This document shows positions 29,290-40,215 of a stretch of 64,000 nt of DNA, piece after piece. Origin of the DNA: a virus (Duplodnaviria; Caudoviricetes); the IMG/VR virus record IMGVR_UViG_3300028797_000100, positions 99,721-163,720 of that record; one strand, written 5' to 3'. Numbering within the stretch: the first letter of the stretch is position 1; every line of letters starts with the position of its first letter. The notes under the pieces were generated by a model. That model was not told where the DNA came from. It saw only the letters and a list, made by a program, of their open reading frames with translations, and made no database searches. Made by a program: the position numbers and the translations under genes.

Positions 29290-29577
29290 ATGAGAAGTAT
29301 TCAAGAATTTTTATCAGACAGAAAGAACAAGAAGACTGAAAAGAAGAGTGCTGAAGCATATGATCTTATGAAGAGTCAGGAGAGGTATACTACTTCTGAC
29401 ACATTCATGATACGTCTCAATGGAGATGTTGAGTACTTCAAGCCTTTTCTTGAACGAATCAGAGTAGAGGGATATGAATATAGGATAGATACAATCGACG
29501 GGGAATTGTTCTCTCCTACAATCATTTATGTTAGAATAATTAAGCCGAATGCAAACAAGTATTTCAGAAAGGATTGA
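29290..29577 (+). CDS. Hypothetical protein
   Basis: RBS aaaggag. Confidence 0.7.
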   Translation: MRSIQEFLSDRKNKKTEKKSAEAYDLMKSQERYTTSDTFMIRLNGDVEYFKPFLERIRVEGYEYRIDTIDGELFSPTIIYVRIIKPNANKYFRKD

Positions 29578-29583
29578 TCATTA

Positions 29584-30231
29584 ATGGGAATCAACATGGA
29601 CGAACCAACACAGGAAGGAAGAGCATTCGAGGACGCTACTGCGGTTTATGACAAATCTGTCAAAGACCATGAGCCTTCAAACGAATGGAAGAAGATGGCT
29701 GCTATGGCACGGGGTGAAAACTTTGTTGAACCTGAAAAGCCAAAGGCATTCCAGAGAATTGACAAAATAAACTACTACCTTGATATTGCAAAAGCTGTTG
29801 CTGTACGTGGCACATGTCTCCGTAGAAAGTTCGGTGCTGTTATTGTGAAGAATGACAGAATCGTTTCTACTGGATACGTTGGTGCACCACGTGGTCGTGT
29901 CAACTGTTCTGATCTTGGTAAATGTTTCAGAATGGAGCATAACATTCCCAGTGGATGCATGTATGAGAAATGTCGTTCTGTTCACGCAGAAATGAATGCT
30001 ATCATAGGTGCGGACAAAGAAGAACTTGAGGGAAGCGTTCTGTTCCTTGTGGGACTTGAGAATGATGGTAAGTTTACTGAGAATGCAGATTGTTGTTCAA
30101 TGTGTAAACGCATGATCATCAACGCAGGCATCTCAATAGTAGTCATCAGAACTTCTGATGGATATAAACCTATCAATGTTGAAGAGTGGGTTAAGAATGA
30201 CGACTCATTAGAAGAACACGAAGGATATTGA
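29584..30231 (+). CDS. dCMP deaminase
   Basis: Motifs RGTCLRRKFGAVIV, STGYVGAP, VHAEMNAI, CSMCKRMIINAGI. Confidence 0.9.
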   Translation: MGINMDEPTQEGRAFEDATAVYDKSVKDHEPSNEWKKMAAMARGENFVEPEKPKAFQRIDKINYYLDIAKAVAVRGTCLRRKFGAVIVKNDRIVSTGYVGAPRGRVNCSDLGKCFRMEHNIPSGCMYEKCRSVHAEMNAIIGADKEELEGSVLFLVGLENDGKFTENADCCSMCKRMIINAGISIVVIRTSDGYKPINVEEWVKNDDSLEEHEGY

Positions 30232-30707
30232 TAATGGAATACAAAAGTAAAAACAATGACAAGAAAAGAAGTATCGATATTGCAATACGTATAGAAGATT
30301 ACACAGATCTATTAGAAAAGTCTGTGTATGATAATATACGTACAACTATCGTACAGCATGACATTATAAATCAGATACTGGAGATCTTCATTCAGATGAC
30401 TGCATGTGGTAAACACATCGATGACATTACCAAGACATATAATGAAGAAACTGGTGAGTATAGTGTATCATTCTATTTCGGAAAGTTTTCTGAAGATGTT
30501 GTAATATCTTGGGGCAAGAATGTATCTGTAATAGACATCAAGGCTTATACGTTTGCTTATAGATGGCCCGAAGGTCATATAGCAATCATAGTAAGGCCCG
30601 ATAAGCCTCCACTAATGTCGAATCTATCGGATCATCCGACGACATTGATGGATGTTATATTCAAACATCTCAAAAGAGATCTGGATCAATATAGACCAAA
30701 CGTATAA
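30228..30707 (+). CDS. Hypothetical protein
   Basis: ORF in an operon, ending at a terminator. Confidence 0.65.
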   Translation: MIMEYKSKNNDKKRSIDIAIRIEDYTDLLEKSVYDNIRTTIVQHDIINQILEIFIQMTACGKHIDDITKTYNEETGEYSVSFYFGKFSEDVVISWGKNVSVIDIKAYTFAYRWPEGHIAIIVRPDKPPLMSNLSDHPTTLMDVIFKHLKRDLDQYRPNV

Positions 30708-30711
30708 TATT

Positions 30712-30745
30712 AGGAGGGGCATTACGCCCCTCCATATTATTTTTT
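30712..30745. terminator. Terminator between convergent genes
   Basis: ggaggggc-attac-gcccctcc; the same core occurs at 40186-40206. Confidence 0.8.
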
Positions 30746-33700
30746 ATACTTCGTCCCATCTTGAAGTCTTTGAATTATATACTTTCATCTTCAAAGCATC
30801 TTCATTCTCTTCAATAATGAGAGTCTTTGTAGAAACATCATTTCCAGCTTCATCATATACTCTCGATGTATCTGTGATATGAATGTCTCTATTTTTAATT
30901 ACTTCCATTTTCTTTGGAATGTACTTTGTCTGAGTAATATCGTTTGACAACATGTATGAAGAAACACGTGGGAATACAAGTTTCCAGTTACCCTTCATCT
31001 TATGCTGTTCAGGAGTCAAGTTTACATTGGTTCCTATGACGATGTCACTCATATTTGTCATTTCAGGATTCTGATATAATGGTTCATTTGATGCTGGTGT
31101 ATATGGAATATTCTGAGGATTGTTTGTCATGATATTCCACAGATAATTTCCATTATCATCTACGACCTTAATGACTTCACTACTATCACCAAGACGGATA
31201 TCAATGTCAGCATATGTCATGTCCTTACGTATAACTTCAAGATTCATTGTCTCTGGATCTACACGATATTCTTCACGCTTTGTTGAATTAGGATCATATA
31301 CCCAGATCATTGGACCGATACCAGGTACAGTCCATATCAATGTTGTGGATGGATTGAAGTGAACATAGTTGTCACAATGTAATTTGTTTGTTGGAAGTTT
31401 TGTGGTTGTATCAGTTGTGAAGTAGTTATTGAAACCTCTGCTAACAACACCGAACTGGAATGTTGTTCCATCACCCTTCCATCTCCATATGATATAAGAA
31501 TCATAACGAATCATGTTCATGTCTTTCAGAGTATCAATTACTGAGTCAACTGTTCTTCTAGCGGTATTTGCTTCTTTGATACCATCACAATAGAACTTAC
31601 AGATGTCCACCACGTTATCTGTCAAATTATCATCAACTGTCTGAACTACTGGAGTATGATCCGTATCGATGATAGTTATACTGTTAGCGGTCTGCATAAC
31701 ATTCAACTGAGTTGGTGTTGAATGATCAAGTCTCTTTGTAACAGGGAGTGATTCATTCTTTGGAATGATCGAGTTGATGAATGCTTCCTGAGTTGCGATA
31801 CCACCTTCAAGTTTGTTGGTTGAAGTAACTTCGAACTCAGAGATTCTCATTCCCTTTGTCCATACTCCACCCTTTGGCGTTGCTAATGAAGATTGATCTA
31901 TGTCATACGTATACATGTAAAGTCCATCACGTTCACGTACAAGAGCAAATAAGTCTGTAAAGAACTCACCCTTGTATGGAAGAATTGACTCAAAGTATTC
32001 ATCACTGAATGTGAAAGACAATCTTAAACCTTCGCCAACACCTTCCAAAGGAGATGTACCGTATACACTTGTATTGATACCAGGTTCATTGTTTGGGAAA
32101 TCAAAGTTCATCAGTGGTATCTGAGACACATGTTCATCAGGAGTAATTTCGAGTGTTAGTATAGCACCAGTCTCATCTACCGTCATAACAGTATATGTGA
32201 ATGAACAACCACCAACAATACACAAACCTTCATCTCCTTCGGCATATCCACTACCACGATTAACCAAAGGATCAGCAACTAGTACTCTTGATGTGTCAAC
32301 CATAGGATTCAGATTTTCCATAACTCTGAAGTTATTGTAATTATACATATCAACATCTTCGAGTTCTTCTATTGATTCAAATATGAATCTATTATCCATT
32401 CCCATTTCTTCATAAACAGGATTACCACTTCTTGAAAGATGTGATGGTTTAACCCATCTTGTTGTTAACTCATTATACAGCTTCTCTTTATCTGATGCCA
32501 GATAAGATGTTTCTGTACGAACGTACTTTCTGTCAACAACTTGAGTGGTTGATAAACCATGTGCGCCTTCAAGCATAACAGCTGATGTAGGAATATCACA
32601 TATTCTTGCAGCTGTTCTTGCTGGCTTGATGTAAAGGTTATCAGGATCTGCATTGTTTCTGTATTCTGTATCATCATTAGACAATACATATACACGACCG
32701 ATTTCATCATTTGGATCGGGATTGTTTGGATCTGGAACTTTACCTGGATCAAATATCAATCCAGAACCCTGTGCAGTTTCAGGGTTTTCAGGAGCTGTGG
32801 TCTTTGTATTATGCATTGCGTATACAATACCATGTTCCTGAACGAGTGTGTCTACTACAGATTCATCGTTCAACCATTCAGGAAGTCCACTCCATTTATT
32901 GAGATTATATGGATAACGGGTAGCTGTATCTGATGATGGATTACCAGCATTGAATCTCATGCCAGCATAGCCATATTCCTTGGTGTCCTTAACGAAAGGA
33001 ACCTGTGGATCAAATGCAACGTTCAACATTGCAACCAATGGAGAACCATCGCCTGTCTCATAGTTATTGACAACGAAATAGTCCATGTCAATGCTATAGG
33101 ATAAGTTATCAACATATTCCCATGTCTCAGAATCGTTGCACATTGTGATTACATCATTAGGATTACATCCCAATGTAACTGTGTATGTGTCGGTTGTATC
33201 CATGTTCTTGAATACAATGTTATTTGACAGAGGTTTGTTGAAGTCAGCACTGGTGTTATCAAATGAACCATTGCCTGGATAAACAAATATCTTGTAATTG
33301 GATACTGATTCTCCATCAGGAGTTGCATCATTATTACCATCAATACCAACGTAAAGCTTTGCATTGAATGGAGGTTTGTCTCCTTCATTTGATATGTACA
33401 TTATCTGAGAATCATTTGCACCAATGTTAGATGAATCAAATGTTATGTTTGATCCGATGACAGTTTGATCACATGTAAACCAGAACAGAGGATCACCAAT
33501 ATATCTATCGTTGTCAACAGCAGACAATACATATGTCGTACCAGTCTTAGTTACGTCGAATGGTTGAAGTGCTTCCTCCAATGGATAATACCACACAGTA
33601 TTTGTTGCACCAGTGAAGTTAAGTTCACGAACGATGTCATACTGGTTTGTGGTTGTATTGTTTATGAGAATCTTTGGAGGAGTAGTTGTTCTTATCCATT

Positions 33701-34160
33701 TACCAGCATATACTTCATCGGAAGATTTTGATGCAGCGAAAGGAATAATACACTCAGATGCATTTTCGAACTTGAGTTTGTAGTTACCATACAAAGCAAC
33801 CTGACGTTCATCGTCATAACCGTATTCGTATCTTGTAGAAAGGATACGTGTATACATTAATCCATTTACTGCAGAGGAATGTGGTAATGCGGAAATGTAT
33901 ATATCTAAGATATCTTCTGCATGAGGTAATGCAAATTTGATATCATTTGTGTAGTCGTATTTATAAGGTAACTTCTTTGACTCAATGACAATATCAGATC
34001 CCGTATTATCTACACGACCTTGGTATATATCGCCAGTATCTTTATCCTGAATCTGATTGTTGGCACTGGTCTTCATTAACCAGTGCCTACGTTCTTGCAT
34101 CAGAATAATTGATAAGTTATTATAACCTAAAACACGTAGTAATTTGTTAGGGTTCATCAA
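30744..34160 (-). CDS. Large virion structural protein (tail/baseplate-associated), paralog of 34157-37882
   Basis: 1138 aa, rich in beta strands and Asp/Thr. Shares the block GRVY..SND..EY.NN...ARICDIPT...YVRTE with the neighbouring gene. Confidence 0.55.
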   Translation of the reverse strand: MMNPNKLLRVLGYNNLSIILMQERRHWLMKTSANNQIQDKDTGDIYQGRVDNTGSDIVIESKKLPYKYDYTNDIKFALPHAEDILDIYISALPHSSAVNGLMYTRILSTRYEYGYDDERQVALYGNYKLKFENASECIIPFAASKSSDEVYAGKWIRTTTPPKILINNTTTNQYDIVRELNFTGATNTVWYYPLEEALQPFDVTKTGTTYVLSAVDNDRYIGDPLFWFTCDQTVIGSNITFDSSNIGANDSQIMYISNEGDKPPFNAKLYVGIDGNNDATPDGESVSNYKIFVYPGNGSFDNTSADFNKPLSNNIVFKNMDTTDTYTVTLGCNPNDVITMCNDSETWEYVDNLSYSIDMDYFVVNNYETGDGSPLVAMLNVAFDPQVPFVKDTKEYGYAGMRFNAGNPSSDTATRYPYNLNKWSGLPEWLNDESVVDTLVQEHGIVYAMHNTKTTAPENPETAQGSGLIFDPGKVPDPNNPDPNDEIGRVYVLSNDDTEYRNNADPDNLYIKPARTAARICDIPTSAVMLEGAHGLSTTQVVDRKYVRTETSYLASDKEKLYNELTTRWVKPSHLSRSGNPVYEEMGMDNRFIFESIEELEDVDMYNYNNFRVMENLNPMVDTSRVLVADPLVNRGSGYAEGDEGLCIVGGCSFTYTVMTVDETGAILTLEITPDEHVSQIPLMNFDFPNNEPGINTSVYGTSPLEGVGEGLRLSFTFSDEYFESILPYKGEFFTDLFALVRERDGLYMYTYDIDQSSLATPKGGVWTKGMRISEFEVTSTNKLEGGIATQEAFINSIIPKNESLPVTKRLDHSTPTQLNVMQTANSITIIDTDHTPVVQTVDDNLTDNVVDICKFYCDGIKEANTARRTVDSVIDTLKDMNMIRYDSYIIWRWKGDGTTFQFGVVSRGFNNYFTTDTTTKLPTNKLHCDNYVHFNPSTTLIWTVPGIGPMIWVYDPNSTKREEYRVDPETMNLEVIRKDMTYADIDIRLGDSSEVIKVVDDNGNYLWNIMTNNPQNIPYTPASNEPLYQNPEMTNMSDIVIGTNVNLTPEQHKMKGNWKLVFPRVSSYMLSNDITQTKYIPKKMEVIKNRDIHITDTSRVYDEAGNDVSTKTLIIEENEDALKMKVYNSKTSRWDEV

Positions 34161-37100
34161 TCATTCCTCCTTTGTATTTTAACCCATACCACTCCGCCAT
34201 TTATAAAGCGAGCAATGTATCTTTCACTATTGATGATTAACATGGTCATCTCTGTTATATCGATATCACCATCATACATTCTGAATCCACCAAGTGTCAT
34301 AGGATCAGTAACGTCATCTAATCTGAATATATATTCCGGATTGATTTCATAATTAGTGCTTCCTATCTTTCTGGTAGGATATATTTCCTCGATGACATCA
34401 ATGAATCCACCTGTTGGTGTTGTTCCTTTAGATCCTTTATATGCAAAGATTTTAACACCCTGACGTCTATATATAGACTCAGGTCCCTCAGTGTAATAAA
34501 CACTATCCGGTCCTTGGAACAGATCATTGTCGATGATGTATTCGATCAACATATCCTTTGTGAATGCAAAGCCAGTATCTTCGAAATTCAATGGATATGC
34601 AGCTTCATTCATCGCTGTAATGATATCAATGAGTTCATTGCGGTCCTTTTCACTCAGAGTATGACGAAGTGTATCGCGATATGATGTATCGAATTCATTG
34701 TAAGAGTAGATGTTATAACCCAATCTACCCTGGCTGTCAAATATGTCTTGAGGAGTAAATCTACTCTCAATGAGAACATCCTTGAGGGTTATGTCTTCCT
34801 CATTAACAACAACATGTACATCATTTGAAACATTTCTTGTTGTTTTCTTGGTTGATTTATTAGGATCATAAATGGTTACAGTGTAATTATTTTCATCAAA
34901 TGTGTATTTAAGAACATTTGACTTCATGTAATATGACGAAAGATTGAGATCACCAAAGTCAGGATATTCAATATTTGTATATCTTGAATCATCAGTGAAT
35001 GCATTGTTGGCGAATCGTGTAATCATTGCATGATAGTCGGATACAGATCCGTATGATGGTTTCAACAGATAGAATGTATCCTGTCTATCAACCAAATCGT
35101 CATTAAGATATACTGACATATCTGTCATACCGGTTGGATCAAGGTATGGTTCACCGGCTGGAGCATGTTCTGCATCATTGTAAATGTTTCTACTGAAGAA
35201 ATCCCATGGGTCGACTGTGGGAGTACCAATTACCATAGCCTTATTATTCATCTTAGAATACAAGAATGTGTCAAGAAGAGTATACTTCCTACCTCTTCCA
35301 GTATCGTATTTGTTCTTATACTCTATCAAGCCTGTGACTTGTCCAGCATTTTCGAAGCTATTATTTGATTTATCATACTCATAGATGAAGATATTGTCAT
35401 ATGAGTCATTGAAGAAATAATACACTCCATCAATGATACCATCTTCGGTTCTGGTTAGTGTATCGAAATACGATTCATTGATTGTAATTACAATATGCAA
35501 TCCTTCACCACTACCAGACTTTGCATTTGTTGGATATGATGTTTGATATGCATTGAACATAACTACGTTAATCGTACCATAGTCTCCAAAGAATACTGGT
35601 CTATCACCAGAGTATTCACCGGTAACCTGATTCATGTAAGAAACTCTAATGATTGTACCATTATCGATTTCTTCAATCTTACCCTTGATACATATTCCAC
35701 CAACATAGAAATCAAACAAATCTCCTTCTTGATAGTTAATAGCTCCTCCACTATCAAAGTTGAAAGTAACATTTGTTGTATCATTGAAGTCTATTACTGA
35801 GATGAGATTTGTCCATGAAGGATATTCATCTTCAGCAAGAGTCATAAAGTCGGGGCTTGTATAGTAATCGAATATATAACGTTGACCATTATGAAGTAAA
35901 TGCTCCATCTCCTGTTCATTGAGGAGTCTATCTATGTCATCATAAGAATAATTTGATTCTGTTCTGACATAGTTTGTATCAAGTACAAACGTAGGAGATT
36001 TATTCTCAATACCAGTAATCTGATCATATTTCGTAGGAATATCACATATTCTGGCGAATGTTGAAGGGGCTTTGGGGTTCTCACAATTGTCATTGTTTTC
36101 ATATTCAGCTCTATCATTTGTTACAAGATATACACGACCGTATTCCAACTCAGGATCAAAACCAACTTTGTACAATGAGAAATGTCTATTGCCATGATAG
36201 ATGAGTTTTGGTTTACTTGCTTGCGAAATGATTCTTGCATTTCCAAGATGATACATATCAACATAATTGATTTCCGACAATACATTGACTCCTGATATAG
36301 GAGGATTCTCAGGATCCCAATAGAAATGCCTATCGTCAGGATTTTCTCTATCGAAAACAATTGTCAATGGAAGTCCATCTGTCAATTCATCATATTCTAT
36401 TTGAGGAATACCTGAATCAACTATGACAGCTGCAGTAGGTTTATCTGTAGCTTTCTGATATGGATCATTGTATTTATCACGCAAAGAATACATCTCTACA
36501 TGAGCACGGTGAATCTTCTTGTTCATCGTCTTTCCATCGTCTATGAGATTCTCGTCATATTTGAAGTAACGTGGTAAACCATCATAATCTCCGAGATCAT
36601 GAATTATACCATTCTTCTTATCGACATCATTGTCTGAATGATCAGATGTTACATCGACATGTACGCCGGAATATGTATTCAAAGATAAATACTCGGTAGG
36701 ATAAGCATATTCCTCAGCCATATGTAAATCAAGGCAAGGTCTGGGAATAACGTCATCATCATAGTATAAATTATTATTGAATGATGTGCCATAGATATAC
36801 GCATAGATACGGTTGCGATATGTTGTACCGTCATAATCATAATCACCCTGCACAGGTTCTCTGAAACTCCAGTACAAAAATCTTTCCTGATGAAGTGTCA
36901 ATCTAGAATTTTCATTGTCATATAAAATGACTAATTCTCTGTCAGGTCTTTCATGTACATCAATATTTCCATCATTGTATATACAGAAATGAATCTCGGT
37001 AACATCTACTTCGAAATTCATCATGTAGTAATCTGGATCAACTATAAAAGAACCCGTATCTGAAGGAAGTATTTTGATGAGTACATTGTTAAGGTCAATT

Positions 37101-37882
37101 TCTTCACTTGAAAGAGACAAGAATGGATACACCAAAGATATATCATGACCGTCTGTACCTATAGTCAGCAAGGGTTTTTCATCCTCACCATATTCATTTC
37201 CTTCGAAACGTATATCAGGTAGAGTCTTTAACACATCAACACTCATCCATATCATTGGATAACCATTCATTGAATCATTGATTTCTTTTGTTGTGAGCAT
37301 GTGATCCTCAAATGTATCGATAAGGTCTTCCGTTTCAACTCCCATGTGGAAGTAATAAGCAGTCGTAGCGCCTGTAACATCAGTAAGCTTTAATGTAACC
37401 GATGTATTACCATCAATGACCAATGTTGGTGGAGTTAATGTAATAACGAACCTATCCTTCTTGACGATTGGATCACTACTGCTTGCAGCACGAGGAACTG
37501 AGAATTCATATGCATTATCAAATCTCAGTTTGTATGTGTGATTCGATAATAAAACGTCTTTTCTTAACAATGCACACAACAGACTCTGCTGGTCATATGT
37601 ATTGACAAATCCAGAATATTGAACGTTGAAATAGTAATCGAAAGTATTTTCGACTAATATATTTTTCAATGATGGTTTGTTCAATAGAAGTTTACGGGAT
37701 TCCATTAATTCTTCAGAACCCCAGTTTTCTACAGTACCTTCATAATATGAACCTTTGGTATCTTCGAAACCATACGTCCTAGGGGTATGATTCTCAAATA
37801 ACTTCTTCGACAGATATAAAAACTGACGAAGAGAATCTGGTCCTAAAAATGGGGAGAATTCCATAGGAGCTCTATTTGCCAT
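34157..37882 (-). CDS. Large virion structural protein (tail/baseplate-associated)
   Basis: 1241 aa. Shares FEDTKGSYYEGTVEN/IQDKDTGDIYQGRVDN, YKL.F.NA.E and ARICDIPT with the downstream paralog. Confidence 0.55.
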   Translation of the reverse strand: MANRAPMEFSPFLGPDSLRQFLYLSKKLFENHTPRTYGFEDTKGSYYEGTVENWGSEELMESRKLLLNKPSLKNILVENTFDYYFNVQYSGFVNTYDQQSLLCALLRKDVLLSNHTYKLRFDNAYEFSVPRAASSSDPIVKKDRFVITLTPPTLVIDGNTSVTLKLTDVTGATTAYYFHMGVETEDLIDTFEDHMLTTKEINDSMNGYPMIWMSVDVLKTLPDIRFEGNEYGEDEKPLLTIGTDGHDISLVYPFLSLSSEEIDLNNVLIKILPSDTGSFIVDPDYYMMNFEVDVTEIHFCIYNDGNIDVHERPDRELVILYDNENSRLTLHQERFLYWSFREPVQGDYDYDGTTYRNRIYAYIYGTSFNNNLYYDDDVIPRPCLDLHMAEEYAYPTEYLSLNTYSGVHVDVTSDHSDNDVDKKNGIIHDLGDYDGLPRYFKYDENLIDDGKTMNKKIHRAHVEMYSLRDKYNDPYQKATDKPTAAVIVDSGIPQIEYDELTDGLPLTIVFDRENPDDRHFYWDPENPPISGVNVLSEINYVDMYHLGNARIISQASKPKLIYHGNRHFSLYKVGFDPELEYGRVYLVTNDRAEYENNDNCENPKAPSTFARICDIPTKYDQITGIENKSPTFVLDTNYVRTESNYSYDDIDRLLNEQEMEHLLHNGQRYIFDYYTSPDFMTLAEDEYPSWTNLISVIDFNDTTNVTFNFDSGGAINYQEGDLFDFYVGGICIKGKIEEIDNGTIIRVSYMNQVTGEYSGDRPVFFGDYGTINVVMFNAYQTSYPTNAKSGSGEGLHIVITINESYFDTLTRTEDGIIDGVYYFFNDSYDNIFIYEYDKSNNSFENAGQVTGLIEYKNKYDTGRGRKYTLLDTFLYSKMNNKAMVIGTPTVDPWDFFSRNIYNDAEHAPAGEPYLDPTGMTDMSVYLNDDLVDRQDTFYLLKPSYGSVSDYHAMITRFANNAFTDDSRYTNIEYPDFGDLNLSSYYMKSNVLKYTFDENNYTVTIYDPNKSTKKTTRNVSNDVHVVVNEEDITLKDVLIESRFTPQDIFDSQGRLGYNIYSYNEFDTSYRDTLRHTLSEKDRNELIDIITAMNEAAYPLNFEDTGFAFTKDMLIEYIIDNDLFQGPDSVYYTEGPESIYRRQGVKIFAYKGSKGTTPTGGFIDVIEEIYPTRKIGSTNYEINPEYIFRLDDVTDPMTLGGFRMYDGDIDITEMTMLIINSERYIARFINGGVVWVKIQRRND

Positions 37883-37985
37883 CGTATCATCTCCTTCTAA
37901 AATTTATAGATTTAAACACACACATTATTTTTCCGAGTAATAAGGGAACTATCCTTTACTCTATTAAAGAAAAGGAGGAATATAT

Positions 37986-39623
37986 GTGATTGATCATTTC
38001 ATCAAACAAGCACACAATCCGTTGAGTAATATCAAGGTTGACCTTGGTACCGATGAACCGTTATGGAAGTATGTCCAGAAAGCGGTTCAAGATATCGAGA
38101 TCATCAATGTATTGGAATTAAATCCAATTGATAATATCTCAACAACTCCGTTTATTCATGTCGGTAACTGGAAATGGAATCCCTATCCATCTGCAGCGGA
38201 GATACAGCATCGCCGTCGTGAAACAGGAGACAAACTGTCGACGAAGACAATTGGTAATTCTCGTTTAGGAATCCTTGAGTTTGACATTTATTGTGGAGCA
38301 CGTGACAAGAATAAGAATCTTGAAACAGATGTAATCCATAATAAACTTTATGTACCAATTGAGGATGATCACGGTAGGTACCTGATAGAGAATATCTTGT
38401 ACTCAGAGTATCAGCTCGTTGACAAATTATTGTATCCTTCTGGTAAGGATTCGATAACACTGAAGTCGTTGCTTCCTATTGTAATTAAATATGAAGAAGC
38501 ATCTGAAACTTCAATGGATGGTCATATTTATTACTCAAAAATCGGCATGGTTAAAATCTTTACAACAATGGAACCGATACTGTCATGCTTCATGCACATA
38601 CCGGCCCCATTAAGTTATCTCGAAGTTTTCCCCATACTTCAATTTTGTGATCATATATCTGATGACAAAGACAAGTATGATTACTTCCAGCCGATTCCAG
38701 ATAGAGACATTTATATCAAGGGATATAAGAAGGGTCTTGAGAAGTTTGACTATGTCAGATCAGTACTTGTAATGGCAATTCATCTGATAAGAAAGCATGA
38801 ACCTCCTTCAATAGAGGAACTAAGAGATCCTAAGTGGTGGGTATATCAGTTATCTTATTATGATAACATCATTGAGCACAGGGGAGCATGTCATGAAATG
38901 CATGTGGCTCGTATGTTGGATACTATCTCAGCAAATGTACTTCCTATTCCAGAGATAGACAAACGTACAATGGTATCATTATTAAGATATATCCTTCAGA
39001 CAGAGTTTACTGATGTCAATATCTATTCTTATGAGAATAAGAGATTGAGATTGAATGAAGTAATCTCTACAATCGTAACTGCAGAGGTATCTGATAAGCT
39101 GAAGAAGATGTTCAGATATGGTATTCTGATTAAGATGAAGGAAATGCAACCGATTCTGAAGTTCCATCCAGATCTCATATTGAAGAATCTTTATAAGCTC
39201 GGAACTGTTCATGTTACAGACTTCGCAAATGACTTGGATTATTATCAGATGCTGCGTTGGACAAAGCATGGACCGAATAGTTTGGGAAGAATCGACAAGC
39301 ATAAGATCAATCTGGTACAGAGACAGCTTCATCCATCTATGATTGGATTGGTTGACTTGTTACAATCCTCAAAGGATGTTGGTCAAAGTGGTATGATATC
39401 TCCATGGGCAGATACAGCAATGCTGTTTGAAGCAGATGTCAATAAGTATCCAAACATCAAGTTCGATCTGTTCCAGTTCATATGTCAAGAGTTTGGTGAT
39501 CCAGTGTTAACATTTGACTGTGACAACATTGTCGATTATAATAGAATACTCGATAAGTTGGTTGCAGCAGCATATGTTAACTTTGATTACAAGATTCCTG
39601 AAAAGGGTACGGTGGAACAATGA
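37986..39623 (+). CDS. Split multisubunit RNA polymerase beta subunit, N-terminal part
   Basis: KLYVP...GRYLIE, RWTKHGPNSLG, and RQLHPSMIGLVDL...VGQSGMISP (equivalent to RpoB RDVHPSHYGRIC...NIG). GTG start with RBS aaggagg. Confidence 0.8.
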   Translation: MIDHFIKQAHNPLSNIKVDLGTDEPLWKYVQKAVQDIEIINVLELNPIDNISTTPFIHVGNWKWNPYPSAAEIQHRRRETGDKLSTKTIGNSRLGILEFDIYCGARDKNKNLETDVIHNKLYVPIEDDHGRYLIENILYSEYQLVDKLLYPSGKDSITLKSLLPIVIKYEEASETSMDGHIYYSKIGMVKIFTTMEPILSCFMHIPAPLSYLEVFPILQFCDHISDDKDKYDYFQPIPDRDIYIKGYKKGLEKFDYVRSVLVMAIHLIRKHEPPSIEELRDPKWWVYQLSYYDNIIEHRGACHEMHVARMLDTISANVLPIPEIDKRTMVSLLRYILQTEFTDVNIYSYENKRLRLNEVISTIVTAEVSDKLKKMFRYGILIKMKEMQPILKFHPDLILKNLYKLGTVHVTDFANDLDYYQMLRWTKHGPNSLGRIDKHKINLVQRQLHPSMIGLVDLLQSSKDVGQSGMISPWADTAMLFEADVNKYPNIKFDLFQFICQEFGDPVLTFDCDNIVDYNRILDKLVAAAYVNFDYKIPEKGTVEQ

Positions 39624-40180
39624 TTACGTATGACACAGTACTCTATAGAGGATCCAAGTATGGGTCTGTCAATCCAGATATGTATATCATATACGTATAT
39701 CAATATGATGAAGGTGGAAACTATCCAACTCTCAAATTGAAAAGGAATGGCGGACTATCAATAAATCCATCGTTTGGAATAAATATTTCCGAAGGATATG
39801 ACAGAAACAAACTGTATATTCCTGGGATGAAATATTACTCATTTGGATCTCTGTTGGATAAAGCGGTTACAAAGATACAGGAGAATTTGTTCACACTGTT
39901 TCCGAATGTAACCAGTACTGAATTCGAGGTCGACTCGAGGGCTCTCGAAATATTCCAAACAGAGAAAGCGTTTACTACTGCGGGAATGACAGCTGTACCC
40001 TCAGTATGGACTAATCCAACGAATGAATGTTTCCCTGGGGTAAAGGTTACTTCTAAACATGGTACTGTTACGATACCATTGGAAGATGCAATTCCAATAG
40101 TAAATATGTTAAAACAATTCGATCCAATAGTATACGCCGCATCAATGTTGTCGTTCTTTGGCAGAATGCCACAATCATAA
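39620..40180 (+). CDS. Hypothetical protein
   Basis: ATGA overlap with the RNAP gene. Confidence 0.75.
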   Translation: MITYDTVLYRGSKYGSVNPDMYIIYVYQYDEGGNYPTLKLKRNGGLSINPSFGINISEGYDRNKLYIPGMKYYSFGSLLDKAVTKIQENLFTLFPNVTSTEFEVDSRALEIFQTEKAFTTAGMTAVPSVWTNPTNECFPGVKVTSKHGTVTIPLEDAIPIVNMLKQFDPIVYAASMLSFFGRMPQS

Positions 40181-40215
40181 TATAAGGAGGGGCATTACGC
40201 CCCTCCTTATATTTT

